A stretch of DNA of 64,000 nucleotides from the human T2T-CHM13v2.0 reference genome, Homo sapiens: the NCBI RefSeq assembly GCF_009914755.1, contig NC_060946.1; one strand, 5' to 3'. Positions 1 through 59,573 of this stretch are shown here, piece after piece. The notes below the pieces were generated by a model. The model worked only from the letters and a program-made list of their open reading frames with translations, had not been told where the DNA came from and made no database searches. A program made the position numbers and the translations under genes. Positions within the stretch are counted from its first letter, which is position 1. Each line of letters begins with the position of its first letter.

Positions 1-360
1 AAGAGCAAGGCTTCCTGAGAGAAACAGGGCGAGCACAGGAAAACCTCTCTGAGACAGTGACATGAACTTGAAACTTGAAGGGTAAACAGGAGTGGGCAAG
101 ACAAAAGGGGAAAGAAGGAATGTTCCAGGCAGAGAGAAAGAGAAAAGACCCAGGCACGGTATAGAGCCGAGGACATCTGAGGAAGAAAGGGCCGCCGGGG
201 TTGGGGCCCTCTGGGTGACTGGGAGAGGAAGGCGCCGGAATGGATCCAGATTAAATCGGATGCTGTGTGCCCTGTGGAGACATGGGGTGTACCTCTAAAC
301 GCACTGCGTTGTAAGCAAAGGAGTGACCTGATTTAATTTGATCTTTTAAAAGTCATTCTA

Positions 361-665
361 GGCCAGGCCGGGTGGCTCACGCCTGTAATCCCAGTGCTTT
401 GGGAGGCCGAGGCGGGTGGACCACGAGGTCAGGTGTTCGAGACCAGCCTGGCCAACATAGTGAAACCCCATCTCTACTAAAAATACAAAAATTATCCGGG
501 CATGGTGGTGCATGCCTGTAATCCCAGCTACTCAGGAGGCTGAGGCACGAGAATCCGCTTGAACCCGGGAGGTGGAGGTTGCAGTGAGCCGAGATCGCAC
601 CGCTGCACTCCACCCTGGGCAACAGAGCGAGACTCCATCTCAAACAAAACAAAACAAACAAACAA
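361..665 (+). mobile_element. Alu in the 3' UTR
   Basis: Full dimer with (AAAC)n tail. Confidence 0.95.
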
Positions 666-798
666 AATGTCATTCTACACTGTGAAAAATGAGCTGGAGG
701 AGGCAAAGGGAAGAAAGGGGAGATCAGTGAGGAGGCTGTTGTCATAGCTCAGGCAGGAGTATGGTAGCTTGGACTTGGCAACAGCGTGCAGGTAGAGC

Positions 799-935
799 GC
801 CACCGCTGGAGTCTGGATGCGGGATGCATTCTGATGTAGGGAGTGGGGGACCGCGCAGCATCAAGAAGCCACCGCTGGAGTCCAGATGAGGGATGCGTTC
901 TGATGTAGGGAGTGGGGGACGGCGCAGCATCAAGA
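799..935. repeat. Tandem duplication, 2 x 69 bp, in the 3' UTR
   Basis: gccaccgctggagtc...gcagcatcaaga starts at 799 and again at 868. Confidence 0.95.
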
Positions 936-1026
936 CTTGCACTGAAAATTTCTGCTTTGAGCAACTGGGTGGAATGGATGGAGGTGTCCTTCACCAGCTA
1001 TGGGAAAGGCCAGGGAAAGGTTTAAA

Positions 1027-1140
1027 GGGCTGAGTGTGGTGGCTCATGTCAGTAATCCCAGCACTTCGGGAGACTGCGGCAGGAGGATCACTTGAGTTGG
1101 AGACCAGCCTGGGCAACATAGCAAGACACTCTTTAGAAAA
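1027..1140 (+). mobile_element. Alu left monomer (FLAM-like) in the 3' UTR
   Basis: ggctgagtgtggtggctcatg...gagaccagcctgggcaacatagcaaga. Confidence 0.85.
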
Positions 1141-1365
1141 ATTAAAGTAGAGAAAAAGAAAGGTTTAAAGGGAAGAGACTGAGGGTTCAGAATTGTACCT
1201 CATCAGTTTCTGAGATTCCTGTGAGCTCTCCAAGTGCATAAATAAATGTGGGAATCATTAACAAATAAATGGTATGAAAAAGCAAAGGAATGGATGAGAC
1301 CACCCAGGAAAAGTGTACAGAGAGAGAAGAGAAATAAAGAGGAGAGAGTTAAAGAGACCAGAATA

Positions 1366-33655
<32,290 letters not shown>

Positions 33656-33948
33656 TAACAGATGCTGGTGAGGATGTAGAGAAAAGGGAGCTCCTTACAC
33701 CACTGGTGGGAGTGTAAACTAGTACAGCCACTATGGAGAACAGTATGGATATTTCTTGAAAAACTAAAAATAGAACTACCATACGATCCAGCAATCCCAT
33801 TACTGGGTATCTATCCAAAGGGAAGGAAATCAGTATGTCAAAGGGATACCTGTACTCGGATGCTTATTGCAGCACTATTCACAATAGCAAAGTTATGGAA
33901 ACAACCCAAGTGTCCACCAACAGATCAACGGATAAAGAAAACGTGGCA

Positions 33949-35725
<1,777 letters not shown>

Positions 35726-35765
35726 AAAGAAAATGTGGCATATATACACAATGGAATACTACTCA

Positions 35766-39707
<3,942 letters not shown>

Positions 39708-39824
39708 TCAGACCCAGCTCAGATGGAGACAGGGAGAGGTGCAGGTGGATCAAGCCCAAGCTCCGGACTTCCCAGCTACCTCCTGAACCTCATCATCCCA
39801 CAGCTCCCAAAGGACCCCAGTTAC

Positions 39825-40628
<804 letters not shown>

Positions 40629-40849
40629 TAGACAGAGAGTAAAAAGTAGCTATAATAAAATATATGTTTTAGGGGGGAAATCAGGGATGCGGGGACAGGA
40701 CAGTAGAGGGGGCAGGAGGTAGGAGACAAGAGCTGGGGTGTGAAGAGGACCAGCAAGAACAACGCTCCAAGGGACAAGTGGAGCAGACAAGGCTCCTGTA
40801 CCCAGGACGGTCAGAGTCAGACCTCGCTTTGTAGCTGGCCTTAGCACTG

Positions 40850-41030
40850 TAGCAGTGGGGCCTCGACCAAGTTGTTTCAACTCTCTATACTTCAGTTTCC
40901 TCATCTGAAAATGTGGATAATAAAAGCACCCACCACAGAGGGTCCATTGTCAGAATTAAAGGAAAAACACATGCAAAGTACCTGCCACATAGAAAGCTCT
41001 TGATAAATATTAGCCATGACTATTCTTAGA
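40850..41030 (+). mobile_element. MIR remnant (similar MIRs at ~18100-18245, 26000-26110, 38360-38480, 43060-43200, 49400-49560)
   Basis: MIR core cttcagtttcctcatctgaaaatg..gataataa. Confidence 0.65.
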
Positions 41031-41360
41031 AGTAACTATTGGGATGCCTCATCCAAGCCAATTAGAAATGCAGACATGGGAGGCTACACCAGGGACCTCC
41101 ATGTCACATGCATGGTCTAAAGACTCGATTGCACCCCACTCCTCCCCAGTCCCACTCAAATCTACCCCCAAGACCCCAAATCTACCCCCAAAAGCCCACG
41201 GCAGTTTCAGTTCTGCAGCTCCCATACATCTGGAGCCTTGATGCTCCTTTTTGTCATTTTCTCCAAAAAGTACCAAGGTCATTCATTTAATAAACAGGAA
41301 GAAATCCCAAAGTGAAAACACAGAGGGGTCAGGGATTCCCTCATCAAGAGTTCAAGACTA

Positions 41361-41948
<588 letters not shown>

Positions 41949-42195
41949 TGAAGGGTTTTTTTAAAGACCAGGTCAAAGCTAAAGATCAAGCTTTTCTTTC
42001 CAAACGCTTTAGCTAAAAGTAGGAGCTAATTTTCACATCTCCGAAGGTGGCTCCAGGACTCCAAGTCACACCTTGGCAAGGGTGTGGCAGCTGGCAGAGG
42101 ACTGCAGGTCCTTGTCAGGCAGAACCTGCCGGGTTCTGGGGAGTGGAGACTCAGATCTTGAGGTGGAAGCAGAGACAAGAGCTGGGCACACTTAC

Positions 42196-42320
42196 CTGGA
42201 TGTGGGGTTGGGAGCGGTGAATCAGAGCCCAGTTAGATCCTGGAGGCTGGCAGCAGGCTCTGCAGAGGTGCAGGGGCACCTCATTCAGAAGGGGCCATTT
42301 ATTGGCCCTCTGTGGCTAAA
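42196..42320 (-). other. ADA2: Probable alternative upstream non-coding first exon of ADA2 (5' end uncertain)
   Basis: Consensus donor CAG|GTAAGT at 42196; TATA-like CATAAAAA at 42346-42339; unique sequence. Confidence 0.55.
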
Positions 42321-42925
42321 ACCAGCTCCAAGCAGGACTTTTTATGGCTGGAGTCGCCTCCAAAGGGGCGTCGGCCTCCACTCAGGTGTGACTCTGAGCG
42401 TTGCCTAGCTGAAAAGGCGTGATGATAGGGAGCACACGTGAGGCCATTCGGGAAGAATATTTTGCCAAGTGCAGAGGCCGTAAAAACGTGGAACATGGCT
42501 CTGTTTTTTATGCTCTATTGAAAATGATCATCAGAAGCAGAAACTGGGCTTGTGTTCAGAACCTGAAAATCTGCAGGGCAGAAAAACAGGACAAAGGCAT
42601 CTTTTAGTGACTGCAAAACTAAACCTCAACAGAAAGATGCCTGAAGAGACAGGTGGATTATGACCTCAGAATTGGAGACAGGAGAGGTTTTCAGAATTAA
42701 AGATCATCTATGGCTACACAAACATTTGAGAGGTATTTTCATTAAAACATCCCTTTCTTCACACCAATATCATGAATTATATGCTATGCACAACCTATAA
42801 CAGAGTATAGCAGAGTTACCAGTGGTTTAAAGTGCTGCATATATGATTGTTATATGAGGTAAATAAGATTCTCTGACCCAGAGTTAAGAAAATGGAAATA
42901 ATAATTGCTAAGGCATATTAAGAAT

Positions 42926-42935
42926 TATATATGTA

Positions 42936-42989
<54 letters not shown>
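42926..42989. repeat. (TG)n-(TA)~22 microsatellite
   Basis: Seen directly. Confidence 0.95.
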
Positions 42990-42990
<1 letters not shown>

Positions 42991-43602
42991 CATTTAATCC
43001 CTACAGCAATACATACCTATAAATGAGTATATACAAATATGTGTGTGTATGTGTGTGTGTGTATATATACTCATTTAATCCTTGCAGCAATCTTATAAGG
43101 TAGGGACTATTGCAATCCCCACTTGAGAGAGGCGTACCCTGAAGCACCTGGCAGTAAGGTAACTTGCCCAAGGTCACACAGCTAGTAACAAGCATAGCAC
43201 GGCCTTGCAGGCCCAGGTGGGTTCCACCACACCGCTTTCCCTGGCAGCAAGAAAATGGAAGGTTTTTGAAGTAGTGGGGGAGTCACCGGGCACAAGGAAG
43301 CAGATCCCTGGAGGAACACACAATTAGCAAAAGTGGAGCCCAGGAATAGACGTTACCAGGCATAAGTGATTTTTCCAGACACTGGGAACTTGTGTTTTGA
43401 AACACCAAAGTATTTTTAGGAAGCAGAAAAGTTAGCTCTTTCATTGAACTGCTATGTGGTTTTGAAGAAAATGTCCTAATATCCATAAAACTCAAAGCTT
43501 TAATCTGCAAGAAGGAAAAAATGTCATGTGCCTCCTACTAAGTTTTTTTTTTCTAAGTAAGTTTTTTGTGTGTGTGTATGTATGAAATAATATATGTGAA
43601 AA

Positions 43603-44277
<675 letters not shown>

Positions 44278-45638
44278 ATAAGTAATTTTCCTTGCACAAA
44301 TCTTTCTAGTATTTTTTCTGGCTTCTTAGGGTGCAGTGAACATAATTTGATCTTTTTTGAGGACTTGGTATCATTATTATGAGCATTTATCATAATACTT
44401 TCTATTGCTATTGCATTATCACTCTATTTCCAATGCCAGTGAGGTGTGGAGCTTTGTTTGCCCCTGTCCTAAATGGCTTCAGACTGCTCTGCTTGTATGT
44501 ATTTTTATATAATTTTTCTGTCCCTTCCTATGCAGTTCACTTGTCATTCTGGGTAGGTCTAAATTCCAGCAATCCTCTCCCTCTAATGCTTTACTTCTTG
44601 TGGTCTAGGGACTGAAGAACAAGATACTCCAACAGTACCAGTGAGAGCCCCTTCAATTGCTCTATGAGTTGGGGCATATTCACAAGTGCATGGATGGATT
44701 CTCAATTAGAGATTGCAGGCTGAACACATGAATTAACCTTAGTTCCTCTCCAAAACCTGCACTAAAATGACAGTGGGGAAAAAAATTAAGCATATATTCA
44801 CAAGGTTGAAGAAAGCAAGAAAGGAGAAAATAGCAAAAAAAAACTTGGAAGATGGAAGGTACATAAACAAGTGCTAATAATTTAGAAGACAAAAAAACAA
44901 ACAAACAAACAAAAAAAACAAACACTGAATCTGAAACCAGCAGTGACGAAAGAAACCTCGGATACCTGTGAAAGTGAGGCTGAAGGTAAGTCCAAAGCAG
45001 GAGAAATGGAGGAATGGCTGGAAAGCCTTTTTAACAAAAACCTAGAGCCACAGACATTCCTCCCACTCCCTCTTCAGCAGAGCAGTGAAGATTTGTTTTC
45101 AGGGAAAGGTAAAACAGAGTTTCTGGCCTAGTTAAGGATGGGGTTATCATACTAAAAATGAAGACTTTTTTTAAATTTTGCATATTGAACACTGAGTCTT
45201 CCAAGCCTTTCTCCCCTATTAGTCTCCCAAACATCAGCAACTTATATCCACAGTCAAGAAGAGGGAAAAGCCTTCTCTAGGGCTTTATCCAGCCTCACTG
45301 GAAAGACCTAATGATATTTAAAGGGATGTACCAGGTCACGATCTAGTAAAACTCATGGCAACATAGCTTCCTCCCTCCCTGCCCTTCCCACATACAAAGA
45401 GCTTATAACATCCTTTTAGTACCCTACTCTTAAATATAAGTAGACAGCCAAGAGTTACTACCTTTGAGAAATACTATTTTATGACAGAGAAAGAGCATCT
45501 CAGAAGAAAAAGAATAAGAGGGAGAAGAAAACTTTATCTAAGATTATTAGCCTTAGAGATATAAAAGATGTTATGCCCACAAAACAACAACAGGATTCTA
45601 TAGAAAAGGAATAGGCAAAGAATGAAAAAGATGCTCTG

Positions 45639-48486
<2,848 letters not shown>

Positions 48487-49769
48487 TCAAAAGAAAAGGC
48501 AAAGGAAATTCCCAGATTGGTGATAAAGGAAGATCTGAAGTCCAGAGCTGTCCACCAGACCTAAGAACAATTGGTCCTTGATCAGCTGGAGATGGTAAAA
48601 ACCCTCAGGAAGAAAAGTTTTTCAAGATGAAATTGGCATAATACCTAAGGTGTTTGATTGTATTCATTATTCATAAGAGTTTCACATAACCAAGGGAGAG
48701 TTTGAATAAATGAAGAAGACATAGAAAACAAAGTAAAAGAAAAAATATGACAACTGTTAATTCTATGAAATACAGAGAATTGTGCAGGAAAGCAGAAGTT
48801 ATCCTTAACTCAGTGGTGTCTACACAGGCACATGAAGATAACCAATGAATATAGAGCTCACAAAATTATGACAAATAGACTGGGATGATAGAGAGTCAGA
48901 AAATGTGTTTGTGCTGGTCGGGGTAGGAAGAGGATCTTCATTTCTACAGTTGGAAGCCAGCAGATAATGCCTAAAATGGAAAAAAAATCAAGAATAGCAA
49001 TATAAAGTTACTGATGATACGGAGGGAGATTGAGTTGAAAGATTCAACTCAAGAACTTGAAAATCACTGCCTCTAAGAAGCTAACAATGTTTGGTATTGG
49101 GGTCGACCCTTGGGAACCTGACTCTTTAAACCATGGACGTGAGTGCACAGCCCCAGTTAGGGGCCTTCTTCCTGCTTTTTGGCTGATAAGGAGCAGAATG
49201 GAGAAATGAACGGTGTTATACACAAACCACAGATGCTACACCCGAGCAGAACCCAACAGACCATCACTAACCCAGGAGGGGAGAACTCCTGACTTCATGA
49301 CTCTAAGGGGCAAACTGAAAAGTAAGACTGAGGCCTGCAGCAACTTGTGACTCTTGAAGCTATTTGCTCCCTGTCCAGCTTCCCCATTCGATTGCAACAC
49401 TCGTTAAATATTTGCTCAAAAGTTGCTCACAGTTAGTGGGCACTTACTATGTGCTGGGCACTGGACTAAAGGTCGTGGTCTACGCCATCTCATGCGGTCC
49501 TCAGGACAATTCTGTGAGGTAGGTGATCTGCCCATTTTACAGATGCAGAAGTCCAGGACCCACTAAGTAAAATATTGGAACTGGGGAGGCAGTCTTGGGG
49601 CCATGCTGCCCATGGCTCTGTTCCAGTCTTCCTTGTTGCTTCTCCCTGCTGAATTCCCAGAAACTGCCCAATAAATATTTGTTTTGATTGTCCTTTTTTT
49701 GGGAATGCAAATGCTCAAACATATACTCAGTGAGAGAGGAGCTGGTGAGTTTGTCTCTGTCCTCATATT

Positions 49770-50650
49770 GTGACAGTGAATAGGCCAACACTGAGATCTC
49801 AAACTCAACTTGGCCCATATTGACTTTTCCATTTTCCCTCCCCACAAAAGCTGTTCTTCTTCCAACTTTCCCCTTCCCAGTGAGTGGCACCTCCATCCAC
49901 CCAGTTGTTTCTGCCAGAAACCTGATTTCCACTCTAGAAAATGAGGAGGAGTTAGCGGATATCTTCCACATCTCCCACCCCAAATCTCCACCAGGCCCCC
50001 ATGTTTACCCTTCAACCTGCCCACTCCTTCCATCTCCACAGTTGCAACCCAATGCAAGGCCCCATCATCCCTCAGCTGCTCACTTCAGCAGCTTCTACTT
50101 TTGTCCCCTTTCCATTAATTTTCCACTCTGCAGATCTAAAAACACAAATTTCAGCATGCCCCTCATGTTCCTTCCTGCTGAAAACCTTTCAAAGTCTACC
50201 CACTACACAGTGAGCAAAATGCAAGCTCTTTTTCTTGGCCTGCTGGGCCAGCCTTATCTGGCCTGGAGACCATGTCTCCACCCTCTCCCCCAGCTCCCGA
50301 CCTGCTGGCCAGCCTTCCTGTGGCCTCTCAAGTGAGGGGGCCCTTCACTTCCAAGGCGCTGCTGTGCAATCCCCTTTACGGGGGAGCTCCTTCCCCTCCT
50401 TGACTAGTGCAGCTCCCACCCATCCTTGAGATCCCGATGGAAATGTGTCTTCCTGGGGAGGGCTTCAGGGAACACCCCTATAGGAAGTTAGCCCCGGTTC
50501 CACTCTTCACAATACCCTTTTATCTTCTTCCACAACATGTATCACAGCTTGTGATTTTGTATTCATAGATTTCTATGACTGTTCGTTTCATATATATTCG
50601 CATAGCAGATGGAAAGCTGTTGTTTACCTTGGGGTCTTCATAGTGCCAGG
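49770..50650 (+). mobile_element. L2 remnant
   Basis: atctcaaactcaac...cttcccagtgagtggcacctccatccacccagttg. Confidence 0.6.
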
Positions 50651-51041
50651 CTCAGAGGAAGGACCCAAACGTCTGCTGCGGGAAGGCACGCATGATTGAA
50701 AGTATGGAGGAAAAGAGCGGGTGTTTGGGTGTATGAGTGTTTGTTAGACATTTAGGTCTCCTCAACCTGGTGTAACACAGAAGAGGCAAATGACACCAGG
50801 GTGCCTTGCAAGGAGTGGCCAATCAGCCCAGCCATTCGCTGTGTGGCTTCTTGTGTGCCATTGGCCAAAACTTGTCATAAATAGATGAGCCTACAATGCC
50901 AGCAGTGTACACAGTGCCTCCTGGAATCGGGCAGCACTCTACTTGTGCAATCATACCACAATCTTAGAGATCATGATAAATGCCAACAGCAAATGGATAA
51001 GCCTGGGCAAGTTCTTCTTGTTTGTTTGCATTTAGCTCTTC

Positions 51042-52638
<1,597 letters not shown>

Positions 52639-52779
52639 TTATTTCCACCTGTTGACAGGACAGCAGGAGGACTGCCTGCCCTTCCTGGTCTGACGGTTGC
52701 TGTGTTGTTCTCAAGAGCCTTCCTCCAGCAGCAGGGAGGGGAGGACTGGCTGTCTCAGAATCTTTTAAAAGCCCTGCTG

Positions 52780-53290
52780 TCTGAGGACCTGCATCACCCA
52801 GGATTCCGTTTCATTTCTCCAGCCACAATCCCTGCCAGTGTTCTCTGCACTCTGGATGAGAGACCTTAGGAAAGCAAATCAGATCGTATCACTTCCCTTC
52901 TGAAAATTCCAAAAGCTCCCCCCGCCCCCGCCGCACCGGCCTCTCTTTATTGGCCCCCTGCACAGCCTCCAGCTCCTCGTACTGACCTCTTTGCAGTTCT
53001 CCAAACCGGCCAGGCTCGTGCTTTGCAGAGGCCTTTGCACAGGTGCACACACCCGCTGGGCCTGGAAGACCTTTCCCTTCCCGCTTCACGAAGGCCAGGT
53101 GGCCTCCCTGGGCTGAGCCCCTGTCTCAGCATGTGGCGCACTGTGTTGAAATGCTCCAGGACTTGAGTGCGTCTATCACTGGGATACACCTCCCAATGGC
53201 AGAGGCAGTCTCGTCACCAAATACTGTGGGTGCCGCTCTCTATATAACTGCTCGGTCAATGTTTGCCCAGTGGTTGAATGAATGGATGCG
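52780..53290 (+). mobile_element. L2 3' remnant
   Basis: atcagatcgtatcacttcc...ggcctttgcac...ttgaatgaatg terminal repeat. Confidence 0.6.
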
Positions 53291-54294
53291 AGAAGCTGCT
53301 TAGTTCCCTTCTCTCCCTGGGGCTCCAGTCCTGCCACGGAGGGAGCATTAGGAACAAGCACTCACAACTGTTCTTTGACAGGTCTTTGTGACTGATTAAG
53401 CAGGTCCTTTATCTCTAATGTGCATTTCCTTATCGCTGTTCTACATCTCCTGGCCTCCTCTTTAAACCAAAAGCTCCATCCAGAGCCTCCAAATGGATGA
53501 CTATTCAGCAGGACCGCAAGAGGAGCGCTGTTGAGGGGAAAGAGTAGTGGGGGGGATGGCGCTGAGACAGAGGGAGGAAGGGCAGAGGAACCCAACTTCT
53601 CAGCTGCCTCTTTTGTGCTCTGTCCTTTCCCTTCTAACTCCCTCCCCACTCTGTGCACCACCTATTACTGTCCCTATTGTAGAAGATGTGGAAACGCGGG
53701 CCTCACGGGTTCAATAGCCAACAGACACTCAGTTCCGCAGCCATCAAGAGGAAGACCAGGTAAAAACAACAGCCACAGCTGAGCTCCACAGATGACCTGG
53801 TGTAAGCCTCAGTCGCCTTATGAGGTGGGCAAGCACTTTCCCCCCATTCAACAGATGAAAAACCTGACTTCAGAGAAGCTAATACCCTGGATCCAGGTTC
53901 CAGCAAGTGGCTGAGCCAGGCCCATGACACTAAACCTGTCCTTCGCTTACAGCCTCCTAGGGGAGGAGAGAGAAAACAGAAGCGGGAAAAGGCCAATTGA
54001 GAGGGAGAAAGTTCTGGAGCAGGACTGCAAGGCGACCTTGGCTTCCTGGCCCCTGATGGCTGTATTTGCAGGTGCATCACACACCCTTCTCAGCCTCTGC
54101 TCCCTGCACTGAACATGCTGGAACTCCAACCACACCTCACCTGCCACCTTCCTACCAGACACTTCTATTTGCCCTTCTCCCACTTTTGCCCAGGGGCCAG
54201 TTTCAGCTGCTCACTTTCCAAAGGATCACTTGAGCAGCACCTCCATCTACACAGACTGCAGAAGGCCCAACTGAATGCAGGCTGGATGCAGCCT

Positions 54295-54460
54295 GGGCTG
54301 CACCTTAGAATCACCTGGGAAACTTTTACAAGCCACAGGTGTCTAGGCCCCGCCCCAGGCCCATTAAGTCACATTCCTTGGACTTGGGCTCTGGTATATT
54401 TAGGGGTGCAGGGGAGTGGTCTGGTATATTTTAAAAGCTTCCCTAGTGATTATTCTGCAC
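54295..54460. mobile_element. MER5A-like remnant
   Basis: gctgcaccttagaatcacctgggaaactttt...aaaagcttccctagtgatt. Confidence 0.6.
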
Positions 54461-54952
54461 AGAGGACTCAAAGCCACCCCATTTCCGGAGACAGGTTCAC
54501 ATGAAAAAGTTGAATAGCAACATTCGGCATCATCTACACACATTAAGATTCAGATTCCTCGAGAGTCACACCTGGGCGCTGGCGACTCCCTCCTGAAGGC
54601 CACCCCGAGGGAGTCCAGGAGAAAGAGGAAGGAGACTCCAGAGGAGGAGAGGATGGGAAGGATGGAGAGCAGCCCCTCCCACCTCTTCCCAGTGGCTCCA
54701 CCCCTCTTCCTCAAAGAGCATGGGTGTTCCCTGCCCGCCTCCAAGAAGCTCCTGCTTTCACCACCGCGAGAAATCCCTCCGTCTAGCGCATCCAACTGGG
54801 AACTGCACTCCGGAGGACAATGCTTGGCTCCCCTTGGCACGGGTATTGTGCCTGTACCCCTGGGCCGGCCTTGATGCACAGTGAACCTCTGTCTTGGGAG
54901 ACCCACGCTCTCTTTCCTCCCCTCTCCTTGTGATGATGAAAGTGTGCCTTCA

Positions 54953-57319
54953 GGCCAATGGTGGCTCGAGCCTGTAATCCCAGCACTTTGAGAGGTAGAG
55001 GCAAGAGGATCGCTTGAGCCCCGGAGTCCAAGACCAGCGCGGCCAACATAGCGAGACCCCATCTCTACAAAAAAATTAAAAGTGTGCCTTTACCTCCTCC
55101 CATGTGAAGAGCAGGTAAGGGGTAGACTTTTGGCCCCGTTTTATAGAGAGAAACTGAGGCTCACAAGGAAAAACAATCTGTGGACAGGGATACACCAGGA
55201 AGTTCCAAGCTGAGGGTAAATTACCCTAGAGATCTGCAAAAGTTCAACTGATGGCTGCCATGGAGGAAGTGGGTCCAGATGGGGAACAGGGCCATCTCCG
55301 CCTTCAAAACAACCCCAAACAGGGCTTGGAATAAGATCGACCATAGGCCAGGCTCGGTGGCTCACACCTGTAATCCTAGCACTTTGGAAGTCCGAGGCAG
55401 GCAAATCACAAGGTCAGGAGTTCGAGACCAGCTTGGCCAACATGGTGAAACCCTGTCTCTAAAAAAAAAAAAAAAAAAAAAAAATCGACCAAAGACCCCC
55501 CCTGATATTTCCCCAGCTTCTTGGCCAAGCAGGGGATGAGGTCAGGGTCTGTCTCTGTGGGACGAAGATTAAGGACTGGGGTCTGTGCATGCCTGTGCGT
55601 ATGGCCCTTGCCACCCCCATTCAACCAAGAACATCAATTTGCATCTGAAACTGTTCTATAGGTATGCCAGAGCAGCCTCCTAGGCGGCATCTCTTCACCC
55701 CCAGCGCAAATGGTGAGATTTGGGTGACTCCATCCCCCAAACACAGAACCTGGCGAGGTCTGTGTTAAAATGTAAATTCAGGAGTCATAAATATTTTTAA
55801 AGTTGTAATACAAGAAACAGATTGTCCGGGGGCCAAAAGGATGACCTTTTACATGCAAATGAAAATAATGGATCTTTAAACGCAGTTATTGTCAGGATGA
55901 TGAGCTGACTAAGACTGGAGGAAAAGAGGCCTCCTGGGTGGGCGCCAGCGTGGGATAAAGAAAAGACAACCAGAGCAGAGATGAAAAAGACCGAAAGGGG
56001 ATGCAAGCACCCAGGAGAGTGGACTGAGAAGTTCTAGGGGCAAGCCGGCGTGCAGAAAGAGGACCAGATTCCTGGGGTCAGTAACTAAGGATGACAATGG
56101 AGGACCCCAAGGGGCCCTCTGGGACAAAAATAGGACTGGGATGCACTATCTCAGAAACTGGATGCAGGAGCTCAAGGAAAACACCTTAGCACCGGGGTTT
56201 CCATGTCCCCAGCACTTCTCACGCTCAGTGTTTTAACTCTCATTTCCAGACAATGTAATAACATAGCGGGTACTGGGGGTGTGGTCCCTGTCCTCATGAC
56301 GTTTACAAACAGAACATGAATAAATGATGGATTAAATAAATTACATGGAAATACATTTAGGATATGGAAGGAAAGGAACAACACAGGAGGGAGACCCAAC
56401 CCAGGGCAGGGGGTGCAGGATTGTTTCCCACCAGAAATGACATTCACAAAGGATGGATAGGAGTTGGCCAGCAGGAGAAGCAGACTTTCAGGCCCAGGGA
56501 GAAAGTGTGTTCAAAGGTCCTGAGGTGAAAAGCTTAAGAAACTGAAAGAGGGATGGGGGGATAGCAAAGAAAAGTGGTGTGCTGGGCATGGTAGCTCACA
56601 CCTACAATCCCAGCACTTTGGGAGGCCCAGGCAGGAGGATCACGTGAGGACTGGAGTTTAAGACCAGGCTGGGCACCACAGGGAGACCACATCTCTACAA
56701 ACAAATTAAAAAATTAGCCAGGCATGGTGGCACGCATCTATAGTCCCAGGTACTCCCAGCTACTCAGGAGGCTGAGGTGGGAGGATCCCTTGAGCCCAGG
56801 AGTTCAAGGCTGTGGGGAGCCATGATCGCACACTGCACTACAGCCTGGGTGACAGAGTGAGACCCCATCTCAAAAAAAAAAAAAAAAAAGGAAAGTGAGT
56901 AAAGAATATGCGATGCCAAGTGAGAAGTGACAGCTCATATTAACCCCCATCTGGAAGCTCTGCTCCATCTGATGCAGAGAGAATAGAAAGAAATCCGTCC
57001 CAGTGGATTGAAACAGCTCCTTTTTTTTTTTTTTTTTTGAGAGGGAGTTTCACTCATTGCCCAGGCTGGAGTGCGATGGCGTGATCTTAGCTCACCGCAA
57101 CCTCCGCCTCCCAGCTTTAAGCGATTCTCCTGCCTCAGCCTCCTAAGTAGCTGGGATTACAGGCATGCTCCACCACATCCAGCTAATTTTGTATTTTTAG
57201 TAGAGACGGGGTTTCTCCATGTTGGTCAGGCTGGTCTCAAACTCCCGACCTCAGGCGATCCGCCCCCCTTTGGCCTCCCAAAGTGCTGGAATTTCAGGTG
57301 TGAGCCACCACGCCCGGCC
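54953..57319. mobile_element. Alus/monomers 54953 (+), 55346 (+), 56580-56890 (+), 57021-57319 (-)
   Basis: Alu consensus. Confidence 0.88.
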
Positions 57320-58518
57320 AGAAATAGCTCTTAAATCTATTTTATTGTTTATTAAAGCCATGGTTTGTGCTTTCCTGGTCTTCCCAGAGTTCTAGGCCCT
57401 GCCTTGGCTTCTCAGTCTGCTTCTCCCCAGCCCCTGAACCCAGCCTGGGGGACAGCCCTGGTTCTCTGGATGGATGGATGTCTGTCTGCTGATGAATGTG
57501 CAGTCACTGCCCACTGTGAGTTTTTTGCAGTGGTGATAGAAGGCTTGGAGGGGTGGGTACTTATCCCCAGTCAGTCATCAGAGAGCCCTTCAGGAGACGT
57601 CACTCATTTCTGTCTCATAATGAAACTGAAAGTTGAGACCTCTACGGAATAAAATAGGAAGGACAGAAAACTTCTGGTCCTGGGGCTGAGGTTGTGTGGT
57701 GGGGAGGGGGCAGGAAATTGGCTGCAGCCAAGACCCTTATTGTGCATGCCTTGAGAGGCCAAGCCCTGCAGTCAGCTGAGCTTGCTATTTTAGGTGAGGA
57801 GATCAGCCTTCAGAATCAGCTTATGAATCTTCAGACACCTGACGACAACCCAGAAAACAGGAGAGGAGGAGGGACTGGCCAGGGAGCCGGAGGCCTCCAA
57901 AGGGCCAAAGGAAAGGGCCCTTGTGGGCAAGAGCATAAACACCACCCAGAAGATGAGCGGGGATGACAGTTCAGGCCCCGCAAGAGGAATGTCCTCTGGT
58001 CAGAGTGTCAAGGCCGGTGGGTGCAGGGGCTTGGGGCCGAGTGGCAGCTTGCCCATCTGGTGGCTGCACCTGACAGGCACCGTTCACATGGACTGGGTTG
58101 GTGTGCACTGGGGCTGACCAGTGTCCTACAGAAAAGCTGAGAATGCTTTGGCAGCACTGAGACAACATTTAGGTTCGGCAATGACACAGATTCACAGATT
58201 TAAGCAAAAGCCTCCATTTTGTGGGCCATCAAACTGCCCATGGACAAGTTGTGTACCCACAAGAGACTGTTACCACCCCAACTTGCCTCTAGCCTTAGAG
58301 ATGTTAGAGTAAAAAACAAAAATCAGTGGTCACATGTAAGCAATGTGTGTGTATGAAGTTAGCACAGGTGGCTACAGAGTGTATGGCAGAATATCAGGAA
58401 TAGACCAATAGTCTGTGAATAAGAGGCCGGTTAAGTAAATTACGGTACCCATGTACCGAGTCCTATGTTTTATAAAGATAGATGAAGAACTTTTTCTATG
58501 CACTATAAAAAAACCTTC

Positions 58519-59396
<878 letters not shown>

Positions 59397-59573
59397 TATT
59401 CATGGCTATGTTTTCAAAAAAGAAACTCTGGAAGGATACACAAGAGACTAATACAAGTGGCAAGCTGTTCAGATGGGTGAAGAATCAGGCAGAAAGGACA
59501 GGGAGTTGGAATAAGACTTCACTGTCATCACTTAGATGGTATTCTCATTTTTTTTTCAACCGTGTTACCTATT

